A stretch of DNA of 61,661 nucleotides, counting the filler, from Chiloscyllium plagiosum (taxonomy: Eukaryota), in assembly GCF_004010195.1 (NCBI RefSeq). It is 5 parts of one record of this genome, joined end to end, with 100 filler letters (N's around TTAATTAATTAA, not from the genome) between each part and the next. Parts side by side here need not be neighbours in the genome. Positions count along the whole stretch, not along the records: positions 18,680 to 40,128 come from NC_057712.1; 4 more parts are not named here. One strand, written 5' to 3'. A program made the position numbers and the translations under genes. How positions within the stretch are numbered: the first letter of the stretch is position 1; each line of letters opens with the position of its first letter. Below, one piece after another: positions 25,690-37,183 of this stretch. The notes under the pieces are model-generated. The model worked only from the letters and a program-made list of their open reading frames with translations, ran no database searches and was not told the DNA's origin.

Positions 25690-26400
25690 GCAGGCCTCAG
25701 TCACAACTTAGAGGGATAGCATTTGCTCAGAGGTTTCTGGCACAGTATTTTAAGGGCAACCTCTAATTCTAGAGCAGGCTCTGCTCTGGGGAGTCAGAGT
25801 AGGATTGAAGAGACAGAAAACAGGCAGAACACCACCCATCTTGACTCTTCCTGCCTTGTTAAAGGCTGGTTTCCTTATGGAATGAAAGAGAAGCCGGTAT
25901 TACTGGAGATAGAAGTGGGTGGCACAGCTTTTACTGTTGATGCAGTTGAGGAGGTGTCCCAAGCAAGTGAGTAGGCAGCTCAGAGGGTATGCAGCATAAG
26001 TAGTGTTGGGATTTGGGGTGAGGGAAAATCTTGCAAGCAATATAGAGAAGAGTAGAACATGAAATTTGGTGTTAGACCGTCACAGGGGCAGAGATCGAGT
26101 GAGTGGGGATGTCAAAAAGAAGATGTTGACATATCTGCGAACAAAGTGAAGAAGGACATTGATGTCCTTTACATAATGTTGGGTATTGGCCAAAAGGTTG
26201 AGACTGTTTTACCCAGGTGATAACCATGGACTAGGCTGGGGTGTTCTGATGTTACAGCCTTTGCCACTGGTACTGGGGGAGGTGGATATCCCCTGATAGT
26301 ACCATTCCATTCAGCAGGACCTCCAGGACGCTAGCTACAAAGTGGAGTGCCAATCTCCCCCATCGGTATGTTCGGGGCAAATGTCAGCAACTATGCAGAG
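25690..26400 (-). mobile_element. Harbinger Myb/SANT-like accessory gene remnant
   Basis: Minus strand ALHFVASVLEVLLNGM...KDINVLLHFVR (about 26140-26350) and a second block KPAFNKAGRVKMGGVLP (about 25820-25872), like the APRF..LEVL..NDL / N.RE..KTGGG pattern. Confidence 0.55.
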
Positions 26401-26659
26401 CAACTTTGGATAGACTGTGCTTGTCCAACCAAGAAAATATAGGTCTCATCCCTGGAGTTCAACTGGCCTGGTATAATCTAGCCCGACATCAGAGATGGGG
26501 GTGCCAATGATCTGTTAGGGTGTTTTGCTTCCCATAGCCGGATGGAACAACCCAACCAGAGTTTATGACAAATGACAATGATATGGGCAAACAGATCCAA
26601 GTCAGCAGGGAACTACTTGGATACCCAGATGCCCCAAACTACCAAGATTACCAAGGCTC

Positions 26660-26795
26660 TGATTATGAGACACCGGACTCAAAATGTTAACTCTGCTATC
26701 TCTGACCTGCTGAATTGCCTGACCTACTGAATTTCTCCAGCAATTTCTGTTTCTGTTTCAGATCTCCTGCATCTGCAGTTCTTTATTTTATTTTA
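26660..26795 (+). mobile_element. Penelope-like terminal fragment, family C
   Basis: ggactcaaaatgttaactctg...ctccagcaatttctgtttctgtttcagatctcctgcatctgcagttcttt; homologous to 35460 and 61050. Confidence 0.65.
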
Positions 26796-28679
26796 TGATT
26801 ACAGCAGAATTCTCATCACTTAGAACAATCTGCTTTTTGTACAGTATCATAAATGTACTATCTCACGCTACAATCCATTTATTTTTGATATACTAGTGTA
26901 CGATGTCCTTTATCATTTACTACTTTTATTTCGGGTAATTAGAAGAGGTATGAATGATTCTTGACTCGTGACCTGAGATCCTATTTCATATTTCACTCCC
27001 ACCCTATTCAAATCAGTGATCAAATCAGTGTTGCCTATGTGCCCACAAATGCCAATTGTATTACTACTCTGGAGTCTGTGAGTATTTGGATTGCTTCTTC
27101 TGTTAGTTGCCCAAAATCAGGAAAAATATCAAAATATTGGAGGCAAGTTGAATGCATCACTCTCTTCCTTTGTTCCTACAGAATTGTAAGCACAGTTCTT
27201 TACCATTCTGACCTTTCTAAATTACCTCTGTATGGTCATGCTCAGTGTGTTTTCAAGTACATCAAAGTCAAACTTCACCCTGTCTTGCGCTGCAGACTTT
27301 AAAACATTATCATTATTAAATGGAGCATTCCTCAGAGATGCTATAATTGTGCTCACTGCCTGTCTGCCCGATGTACCCATTGCAAATGTCGTTGACATTA
27401 CAAGCTGCTCCACGGCATCACATAGGAGACAAATCAAGCTGCGTGACACTCCTGGGGATTTAGAATCTACCAGCCTTTCCATACTAGTTCACATCATTCT
27501 CATAATGAAGTGAGTGACATGTTCACTCTATTCTAACACAGGTTGCATTCAGTTAGAATCACTAAACTACTCAGCAAATTTGTGACAACGCTGTGCTTCC
27601 ACATGTCGACAGCTATCATTTCTTCAACATCACTCTATTGCTCCTCAGCTGCGCTCAGTGGCTTATCCATGAAGTTCACACTTAGACCCATAAATACACG
27701 TGCATATATGTGTTTCAAATGCTGTGAGTAACATGGATCATGTGGGTACACGTGATAGCTCACATTTCTGGCTTCCTCCTCCTCGGTGTATAGTGCTTAT
27801 GTGATAAATAAATTGATGGCACAGAACAGAGAAAATTCAGGAAGAATTTCAGGTGCTTAACTAAACGTACAGTTCCAGAATATGCCTTAATCTGGATTAT
27901 CAAAGTTTAACAGAAATAGAGCCTTGAACCTCATTGTAACAATAGGTGTGGTATGTCAGCACTTGCCATACCTCTGGTGGTAACTCCCCTGATTGCAGCA
28001 TCTAATTTTGGCTTAATCTTAGTGCTTTGACAAGTCCTGGGTGAACTGTTTGAGTCTCCACTTAATTTTGATGCACACAATGTTGTGGCGTGTACCTGCA
28101 AACACAGCCAGCAGGCAGGATGGCAGGATGGCCTGACCAATGTCAGAATTGTCCTCAAGGCTATCACATGCAATTGTCATGCATATTCTCTCACTGCTTC
28201 TGCATGGGAAGATCAATGTTATGTTTGGTGCAGAATCTCACTCAGTCAGACCGTATTTCAGAATTTCCACGGTAACCAGATTTATCTACAGATTGCTAAC
28301 TGGACATAAAACTTGTATTGAGTTTCAGCACCTCATCAATAGAGAGGCTTGATCTTCTTAAAAAGCCATTGAAAACACAATGGTTAAGAATAACAAAAAA
28401 GACTGAGTTAGCAGCAAGTTGTAAGTTATTATGTTAGTTCTGCTGATACTAGGCTCTTAATTCTCTTTCATTTTATTCCTAATGTGTAGCAACTATGGAT
28501 ATTCTTCTCCCAATGGGCAAGAAAATGAACCAAAGAAAGAATCACTTGGATTCATATTATTTACATTTGCGAATAACCCTATGAGTTCAGGATTCAGCAT
28601 AACAAAACCTTGCTTGATTTTTCAAATGGGCCTATCTGATTTATACCCATACTTGTGTCCTGCAATAAAATTAGGACTC

Positions 28680-29110
28680 AGAGCTTTAGAACACAGAAGA
28701 CAGCCATTTGGCCATCACATAATGGCAGGTGTCCGAAAGAGTTACTGTTTTCGTCCCAATCCCATGTCCTTTCTCCGTATGCTTTCAACTTGTACTATTA
28801 AAAGTTTTAATAATTCTGTTCTGATATTAATTAAACAGGACTTCCGTTATCATTAAATCCCAACTTTCCCCTTAGTTCTTCGTGATTATTGAGCTCCTCT
28901 ACTAATCTATTGAGCAGTGGAAATAGATTTCCCTATTTACATCTCAAATCATGAGGCAATTTGGAATGTTTCCATTGGATTGTTTCTTAAATTTCTTTCT
29001 TGCTAAGAACACAGTCCCAGTTTCTGTAATCCCTTCTTATAACTAAAGCTTTCCATCCTTGATATCATTTAATGAAGCTAAATCCTCTGATCTCCAGAAG
29101 AAAGCCTCTC
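28680..29110 (-). mobile_element. Very degraded CR1 3' fragment
   Basis: Reverse complement retains YKKGLQKLGLCS-like coding and a tail ending aatggctgtcttctgtgttcta. Confidence 0.5.
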
Positions 29111-30362
29111 AATCTAAAGATTAAAGCATTTAGGACATTTCAAATGGGTTTTAATCTCCATGAAATGCTACAGTGTTGAAAAAACAAACAAATCAAATAG
29201 CCAAATAATGAAAAAACAAACAAATGTTTTAGGAGTAGCACCATATTTGTTTGCTCAGTTTCAACTCTGGTACCTCATTAATAAACCACTAGCTGACTAA
29301 CCAAAATGATCACAGAATCAGCTAAAAATCATTTGATGCTGTTCCTGGAGAGTATCAGGAATTTTGCCGAGCACAAATGTAGGAGACTGGAGGATTGAAG
29401 GAGCTCAGCAGACAAATTACATTTGGCTGGAGAATTATGGGAGTGGATAGGATGGATATGGAGAGCAAGCATTTCATGCAAATGGCCAAGAATTATTTTC
29501 TGATGGCATCACTGGCACTGTTACAGAATCATGGATCAAACAGAAACAGACCCTTCAGTTCACCTGCCACTCAGAATGTAAAAATGCCAGATTCAAATGG
29601 TGAGAAAGCAATCTCTGATGCCATCCACCTCATTGAGAAGTATCAGTGTGAATAGGAACCAGAAGACATACCACACATGTTTTCATTAAGGGCAAGCACC
29701 TGAACAAAATGTTTGTACCTCATACCTTATTCACCACATGTTGGCCTGACCATTTGGCAATGTACCCTGACAAATCTAATTGCATGAACCACCCTGAGGG
29801 CAGAAATTTTTGTTAGGTAGAAATGTTGTTGCCTTAAATGGGCCAGGAAGAAAGGTTGAATGGAAAAAAAGTTGCACATTGGAGAGATACAGAGATAACT
29901 GTTCTGTGTTAAAAGTAAGCTTCAATAATGTGATTGGTCACAAAACTTCAATTCTGTTTCTCTCTACAGAGATGCTGTTAGACATATTGAATGTTTTCAG
30001 GATTTACTTCAGATTTCCAAAATTTGTCATATTTTGTTCTTGGATTTTTGCTTAAACATAAGTTCAGTTAGTTAAACCCTTCTGTTGTCAGAGCCAATCC
30101 TGGTGCAGCCAGTTCCTTTGTTGCATCATTTGCCTTGTCTGTTTCTTCTGCTTCTTGCTGCTTCCTGCACTGCAGAAAGGTTACACAGAACAGAGGAATC
30201 TACAGGAACCTTAGAGACCATGACTGGGCAGTACTACAGTGCTTACCATGATTTATCCAAAATTGCCATGTCAGAACATTGATGCAGTTGTCCATGAAGG
30301 CCACAGAAGAATTACGCACCACATTGTACCACTCCTCAAGCTTTAGCTTAGAATCACATAAT

Positions 30363-30694
30363 GGGCGGCACGGTGGCACAGTCGTGGGTGGCACGGTGGC
30401 ACAGTGGTTAGCACTGCTGCCTCGCAGCGCCAGAGACCCGGGTTCAATTCCCGCCTCAGGCGACTGACTGTGTGGAGTTTGCACGTTCTCCTCGTGTCTG
30501 CGTGGGTTTCCTCCGGGTGCTCCGGTTTCCTCCCACAGTCCAAAGATGTGCAGGTTAGGTGAATTGGCCATACTAAATTGCCCGTAGTGTTAGGTAAGGG
30601 GTAAATGTAGGGGTATGGGTGGGTTTCGCTTTGGCGGGTCGGTGTGGACTTGTTGGGCCGAAGGGCCTGTTTCCACACTGTAATCTAATCTAAT
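30363..30694 (+). mobile_element. HE1-type V-SINE with a short duplicated 5' head
   Basis: gggcggcacggtggcacagtcgt-gggtggcacggtggcacagtggttagc, B box ggttcaattcc, V-domain and (taatc)n tail; nearly identical to 1698-1996. Confidence 0.93.
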
Positions 30695-31239
30695 GGTGTC
30701 ACAAGCCACAGTTCAAAGTATCAAGCAACAACTGTCACTGTGTTATGTGTTATCTAAAATCCAAATTTGTAATATCATTAGCAAATCTTTCAAAGAACAG
30801 AACACCTGTTATGGCAAAGGCAATGTATTTTGCAAAGAGAACATGTTTGTCAATGGAAATGCCAAAAGGGCAAATTTTCTGAGAGGACAAATGATCCAGT
30901 TTATAGCAGTAAAACAGTCAGAGTGCCTTTCATTGAAGTATGAAAACTGAAAACCCACTGGAAAAGTGGTGTTGTTAAATGAGAATTCTGAATTTGTACT
31001 ACTGTCCACAGGAAAAGAGAATTCAACCAGCTATAATTGACTCAGAGGAAACTCTCAAGCTAATAGCTGATATAGTAAGTGACTTCAGTTGCAGACTAAC
31101 ATTTAGACAACCTGTGAATATATTTTTTCTGAACTTGGTTAGGCTCAGATGTATGGAGGCATATGTACTGAGGGCATAATTTTTCAACAATGGTAGTTGA
31201 ATATTTTTGCACATATTAAACCTTTTCACCTTAGCATTT

Positions 31240-31525
31240 TTTTGAAGATGCAGGTATGATGTTTTCCTTCATTAGAGTGAATAGAACTGGGGGAACCATT
31301 TAAAATAAGGGGCATGTCACTTAGGTGAGATGATATGGAGGATTAGTCTTTGAGTATGTTAACGGCAGAAATTGGTAGATTTCTGGTTATTGTTCATAGA
31401 TTTATGGTTATGGGCGTAGGATAAACGCATTGAAGTGTTTGATGAACCATGATCATATTGAATAATGGGATAGGCTCAATAAGTTGAATGGTCTACATCT
31501 GTTCCTATATTCGTATGTTCTTGCT
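31240..31525 (+). mobile_element. CR1 3' tail
   Basis: Ends catgatcatattgaataatgg...tgttcctatattcgtatgttc. Confidence 0.65.
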
Positions 31526-31599
31526 CCTAGTATGGGCAAAGGAACATTCTGACAGGATAATGAGCACATTGACTACAGCACCAAGGTGCAGAGCACCAT

Positions 31600-33490
31600 T
31601 CAAGCCTCAGGAGAAAAGAAAAATATTGTAGTAATAGGGGATAGGACAGTTATAGGAATAGATACTGCTCTCTGCAGCAAAAATGAACAGTCCTTAAGGT
31701 AACGTTCTGGGCCTTAGAAGAACTTGGTGGGAAAAGGTGGAGGAATCCTGTCCACATAATTGCCAAGAACATAGATAGGAGTAGGAAAGAGGTTCTGATG
31801 AGGGGTAACAAGCAGTTTGTGGTAAAATTAGAAAGCAGAACCAGAGGTAAAAATCTTCGGATTACTACCATGTATAAATAGTGTAAGTGAGATTAGAAAA
31901 GTAAAATTGTGGTTCAGAAATTGATGTCAGACAAATGAGTCCCAATTCATGGGGCCCTAACGCCTGTAATGGGGAAAGAGCAGACTGTTCCACTGGGACA
32001 AAGTTCATTTGAATCATGGGACCAGTGCCCTGGCAAATTGTATAATCAGTGTTGTAGATAAGACTTTAAACTAATTACTTTAGAGGACAGTGCAATTAAA
32101 GGGAAACGTTAAAAATTAAAAATAAACAAGGTGCAGGTTAGCGAAGTGGTGAGTGATAATCAAACTGTCATAGAAGTAGAAAATATACACAGAAGATTGT
32201 AGCAGAAATTGGAACCAGAATAAGTATTAATGGTAAAAAGTCAAAGCTGTTGAATGCACGTTGCATTTATAACAATGTAGATATGTTGACAACACAAATA
32301 GAATACAGCTTGACAGCTTTTATGGAGACTTGGTTACAGGGTGACCCATGATTGTGAACTCAATATTCAAAGGCACCTGACATTTCAGAAGTATAAGCAA
32401 TAAAGAAAAGGAGGTGGGACTTTGGTATGCCTGCCTTTACTGGTCTATGCATTGAGTACAAGAGTTGGAAGGTCATGTTGCAGCTGTACAGGGCATTGGT
32501 TAGGCCACTTTTGGAATACTGCATTCAATTCTCCAGTCCTGTCAACATCCTTGTAAATCTTTCCTGAACTCTTTCAAGTTTCACAACATGCTTCCCATAG
32601 CAGGGAGACCAGAGGGTTTGAGCAATGAGGAGAGGCTGAATAGGCTGGGGCTTTTTTCCCTGGACCATCAGAGGCTGAAGGGTGATATTATAGAGGTTTA
32701 TAAAATCATAATGGGCATGGATAGGGTGAATAGAGAAGGTCTTTTCTCTGAGGTGGGTGAATTCAAAACTAGAGGGCATTGGTTTAGGGTGAGAGTAGAA
32801 AGATTTAAATGGGACCGAAGGGGCATCATTTTCATGCAGAAGGTAGTGCATGTACGGAATGAGCTGCCAGAGAAAGTGGTGGAGACTGGTACAATTAAAA
32901 CAGCATCTGGATGGACATATGAATAGGAAGGGTTCAGAGGGATTTGTCCAAATGAGACTAGATTTATTTAGGCTATCTGGTCAACATGGACAGACGGGTC
33001 TTTTTCTATGCTGCACAGCTCTCAGTCACCATAGCCTTACTAGACTAAAGGGCTATTCTCTCATGAGAGAAAGAGACAACTGGTAATAACTTAACCCAAA
33101 GAGAGATTAAGAAAGAGAGCCCTTCATGGTAACATCAGCCAGTGTGGGGTTTGAACTTATGCTGTCAGCATCATATTGCTTTGCAAACCTGCCATCCAGG
33201 CCAACAGAGCTAAACCAAAGGCCAATAAAGGAAGGTATCGGTGCTGTGATGAGCAGTGATATAGATGCTGTTGGTCATGATATGGAATTCGTTTGGGTGG
33301 AAATGAGGAGGAGCAGGGGAAGGAAATCATGCTTGAGAGTGATCTATGGGCTTCTGAAGAGTTGCCTCACTAAAGTACAAAGTTCAAATCAGGAAATAAT
33401 TGAGGCATGTATGAAGAGCAGTAGAATTGTTGTGGATGATTTTGATCTGTATACAGACTGGGCAAATCAGATGGCCAAGGGCAATGTAGG
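31600..33490 (+). mobile_element. Old CR1 (ORF1 esterase and EN), interrupted by a younger CR1 3' fragment (32420-33025) and a SINE (33030-33220)
   Basis: gtagtaataggggatagg (VVIGD), LNARCIYN, METWLQG and FVWVEM motifs; the element resumes at about 35215. Confidence 0.75.
33030..33220 (-). mobile_element. tRNA-derived SINE (third family)
   Basis: Reverse complement starts ggtttagctctgttggcctggatggcaggtttgcaaagc...aagttcaaacccc with A/B box-like motifs. Confidence 0.6.
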
Positions 33491-34024
33491 TGTTGGGAGA
33501 GATGTCAAAGAGGAGGTTCCAGTTTTGTCTTTCGAAGTACCAGCGACCTATATTCAGAGCTCTTTTATCAAACACGTCAGAGAGGCCGGAGGCTGCTCCA
33601 TCTCTGGCTTTCTTGTGCAGCCTATTTTCCCTCTTAATTATGGCTCAGTTCAGAGGATAGATCAGTGACACTCTGGCTTTCCCAGCTGAATGCAGTATTT
33701 TTCTACATTTCACGTTACAATAGTCACATGCTACATCAACGTTATTGTTCCAGCCCCCTACTCAATACATCCAATCCTATAAAACTGCTGATCAATGATG
33801 GAAAGCCCTATAGAGACTCCAGGTTCCCCATGATCTCATGATGTTTACCAGACATTGCTATCATCAGGCTTTAGGATCTTACAATGTACCCCATTAATTT
33901 ACATTCCAATGTTAACAGTTACCCTTTCTCAGACATTCGCCAGACTTGCTTATTTCTAAGGAATGTTTGAATTTTGTTATTCATTGTATTCATTGCTATC
34001 CTTATCAAATTCTGTTACTCATAT

Positions 34025-34206
34025 TGATTTGGAGATGCCGGTGTTGGACTGGGGTGTACAAAGTTAAAAATCACACAACACCAGGTTATACTCCAACAGG
34101 TTTATTTGGAAGCTCTAGCTTTCAGAGTGCTGCTCCTTCATCAGGTGGTTGAGGAATCCAAATAAACCTGTTGGACTTGAACCTGGTGTTGTGTGATTTT
34201 TAACTC
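34025..34206. mobile_element. Palindromic Penelope-derived insertion, family B
   Basis: Inverted arms agttaaaaatcacacaacaccaggttatactccaacaggtttatttgga / tccaaataaacctgttggacttgaacctggtgttgtgtgatttttaact. Confidence 0.8.
34113..34147 (-). ncRNA. Minimal hammerhead ribozyme motif (family B), slightly degenerate
   Basis: Minus strand CAC-CUGAUGA-A-GGAG CAGCA CUCU-GAAA-GC-UA-GAG; palindromic AGCU stem III and CUA cleavage triplet. Confidence 0.6.
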
Positions 34207-34736
34207 ATCTTATATTGCCTACTATCCTACTCACAAGTGATATAAAATATGTTAATTTGTACTAATTGCTATAAAATTTATAATATCAGTTCTAATATAT
34301 TGTTAGCTACATATAAAGTTACATGCTAACATCTAATGTTAGAATTCTTTAGCCAATGAATTGTGAGCAGCTTCTGCCCACCTGACATTGGAAAGTAAAC
34401 ACTGCCCTCCATCTTGCAGCTGCTACTATAGCTCATTCTAGTCACATGCTATCTTCTAAGATGATGTTTACTAACCTGACTCTAAATATTTCTACACTAA
34501 CTCATTTACTTAATAAGACACATCTAATCCATTAATAAGACTGAAACACAATCACTTTCACAGCTCAATGAATGTTTCTGAACCCCTAGGGTTTTACAAT
34601 ATGCAATCTCATTCTCCTTTTAGCTTATCATTTGTCTCTGTTATTGTGGGAGCATGCTTTTTTGTATTTTTGCTAAACTATAAAGTTCAAGCTGCCTGTT
34701 CCCAGACATCTTTATCAGACTGTCTCTTACAAACTA

Positions 34737-34950
34737 GGAGAAAGTGAGGACTGCAGATCAGAGTTGAGAGTGTGGTGCTGGAAAAGCACGCAAGTCAGGC
34801 AGTATTCGAGAAGTAGGAGAATCACTGTTTTGGGCATAAGCCCTTCATCAGAATTCCTGATGAAGGGCTTATGACCAAAATGTCAATTCTCCTGCTTCTT
34901 GGATGCTGCCTGACCTGCTGTGCTTTTCCAGCACCATACTCTCGACTCTG
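34737..34950. mobile_element. Palindromic Penelope-derived insertion (family A) with two head-to-head degenerate hammerhead cores
   Basis: ttttgggcataagcccttcatcag-aattc-ctgatgaagggcttatgaccaaaa centred near 34851-34856, with arms of about 90 bp. Confidence 0.85.
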
Positions 34951-35214
34951 TCTCTGACGACCATCTGCATCCATGGTTTGAATAGAATTCCCTCTATATT
35001 AATTTGTACAATTCTTGTTCTGCCTAGACCCTGTTACCTTGGATTTATCTTCTCAAAGCCATCATTGTCCTAACATATGACCTTGCCTTAATTCTGAATC
35101 CAGCAAGCTAATTCTGTTACTGCAGCTAAAGATATTCTCCACCATATTTATGCCAACTAAAACTCCTTGGGCAGTCATCTTGTGTGACCACTGGCCATGG
35201 GCTGCCCCAGTAGT

Positions 35215-36130
35215 GACAATTAAACTTTTACATTGCATGAGAGATTCTTTGATGCATGGTACATTGTAGAACCTACCAAGCAACAGGTTATTTTGGATTA
35301 AGTAATGTATAATAAAAATGATGTGATCGTTAAGGATCCTCGAGGGATGATGATAAAAACATGTTTGTGTTTCAAATGCAGACTGAGGAAGAGCAACTCA
35401 GATCTCAAATCAGAGACCTCAATTTAAATAACGGTAATTACAGAGGTATGAAGAAAGACAAAAAAAAAGAACTGCAGATACTGGAAACCTGAAACAAAAA
35501 CAGAAATTGCTGGAGCTCAGCAGGTTTGGCAGCATCTGTGAAGAAAAAACAAAGTTAACATTTCGAGTCCAGTGATCCTTCTCCAGGTGCTGCCAGACCT
35601 GCTGAGCTCGAGCAACTCCCATCTTTGGAAAAGAGAGAGCTGTCTAAAACTGGCTGGGAAAATAGATCAAGGTGAAAATCATTGGATGAGCAGTGACAGA
35701 CATTTAAGCAAGTATTTCCTAGCGCTCCGCAAAATTTTATCCTGGTCAAAAAGTAGGACTTTGAGAAGGATGAGCCATCCATGGTTAACAAAGGCAACTG
35801 TCCACTAAAGCATGCAAAACTGTGAAAACTAATGATAGGCCAGAGAATAAGGAATTTCTTTAGGAATCGGCAGCAGATGACTAAAAAGCTAACATGGATG
35901 GAGAAAATAGTCAAAGAAAGTAAATTGGCAAGAGATTTAAAAACAAACCACAGCTTCTACTGATGTATAAAAAAAAACATCTTAAAAGTTTATGTGGGAC
36001 CAGTGGACAATGCCTATGGGCACAGGGAAATCACAAGTAAGTTAAACCAATATTTTGCATTGATTTTCACAGTGGAGGACATGACAAACACCCGAATGAT
36101 AACAGATGAGCAAGGTGCTAATAGGAGGAA
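35215..36130 (+). mobile_element. CR1 EN/linker fragment containing a family C Penelope end (about 35460-35620)
   Basis: YIVEPTKQQVILD, LNLNNGNYRGM, HPWLTK and LNQYFALIFTVED motifs. Confidence 0.8.
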
Positions 36131-36133
36131 AGA

Positions 36134-36975
36134 TAGAGTCATAGAGTCATACAGCATAGAAACAAATCCTTCAGTCCAACTCGCCTGCACCAACCAGACA
36201 TCCCAATCTGACCTAGTCCCAATTTCAGCATTTGACCATATCCATCTAAACCCTTCCAATTCATGTACCCATCCAGATGCCTTTTGGGTGATATAATTGT
36301 ACCCGCCTCTACCACTTTCTCTGGCAGTTCATTCCGCACATGCAACACCTTCTATATGAAATTGTTACCCCTTAGGTCATAGAGTCATAGAGATGTACAG
36401 CATGGAAACAGACCCTTTGGTCCAATCCGTCCATGCCAACCAGATCTCCCAACCCAATCTAGTCCCACCTGCCAGCACCCAGCCCATATCCCTCCAAACC
36501 CTTCCTATTCATATACCCATTCAAATGCCTCCTAAATGTTGCAATTGTGTCAGCCTCCCCCACATTCTCTGGCAGCTCATTCCATACCCGTACCACCCTC
36601 TGTGTGAAAAAGTTGTCCCTTAGGTCTCTTTTATATCTTTTCCCTTTCACCTTAAACACCCAATTTTGGACTTCCCCACCCTCAGAAAAAGACCTTGGCT
36701 ATTCACCCTATCCATGCTCCTCATGATTTTATAAACCTCTGTAAGGTCATGTCTCAGCCTTCAATGGTCCAGGGTAAAAAAAACCCAGCCTATTCAGCCT
36801 CTCTCTCTATAACTCAAACCCTCCGGTCTTGGTAACAACCTTGTAAATATTTTCAGCACCCTATCAGGTTTAACAACATTCTTCCTATAGAAGGGTGACC
36901 AGAATTGTATGTAGCATTCTAAAAGTGGCCTTACCAGTGTCCTGTGCAACTGCAATATGATGCCCCAACTTCTAT
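36134..36975 (-). mobile_element. Two stacked HER1-like CR1 3' fragments
   Basis: Each begins with the (tcatagag)n tail in reverse; FFTQRVVRVWNELPE motif. Confidence 0.88.
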
Positions 36976-37183
36976 ATGTACTTTGAGAATCAATGAATTT
37001 AGGAGGATGTCTTTCCAGTACTTACAAAGCCATTGGCCATGATTCGATACAGTGCCATTAATGACTCCAAATTCTTGTTTGTGAACTGAAACTGGACTAG
37101 TCGAGAATTATGGAAAAAATGTCCGAGTCTCATCAATAATTGTTATGGATCATGTGACAGTGTCTAGCATAAGAGTCAAAATA

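Larger units (their letters stand above)
33491..35209 (-). mobile_element. Probable solo LTR inserted in the CR1 EN region
   Basis: TG...CA ends flanked by gtagg (33486-33490) and gtagt (35210-35214); CR1 coding is continuous across the insertion; no coding content inside. Confidence 0.55.

Noticed and set aside
30363..30460. tRNA gene
   Set aside because: The A/B boxes belong to the tRNA-derived head of an HE1 V-SINE, followed by the V-domain and LINE tail.
31012..31074. 63-nt segment with good splice signals (ccacag|...|gtaagt)
   Set aside because: No similarity to CEP85L, and as read (phase 0-0) it cannot join directly to the phase-2 exon at 41480; unsupported without transcripts.
33126..33668. 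180-aa ORF
   Set aside because: Chance read-through of SINE, CR1 EN and LTR sequence.
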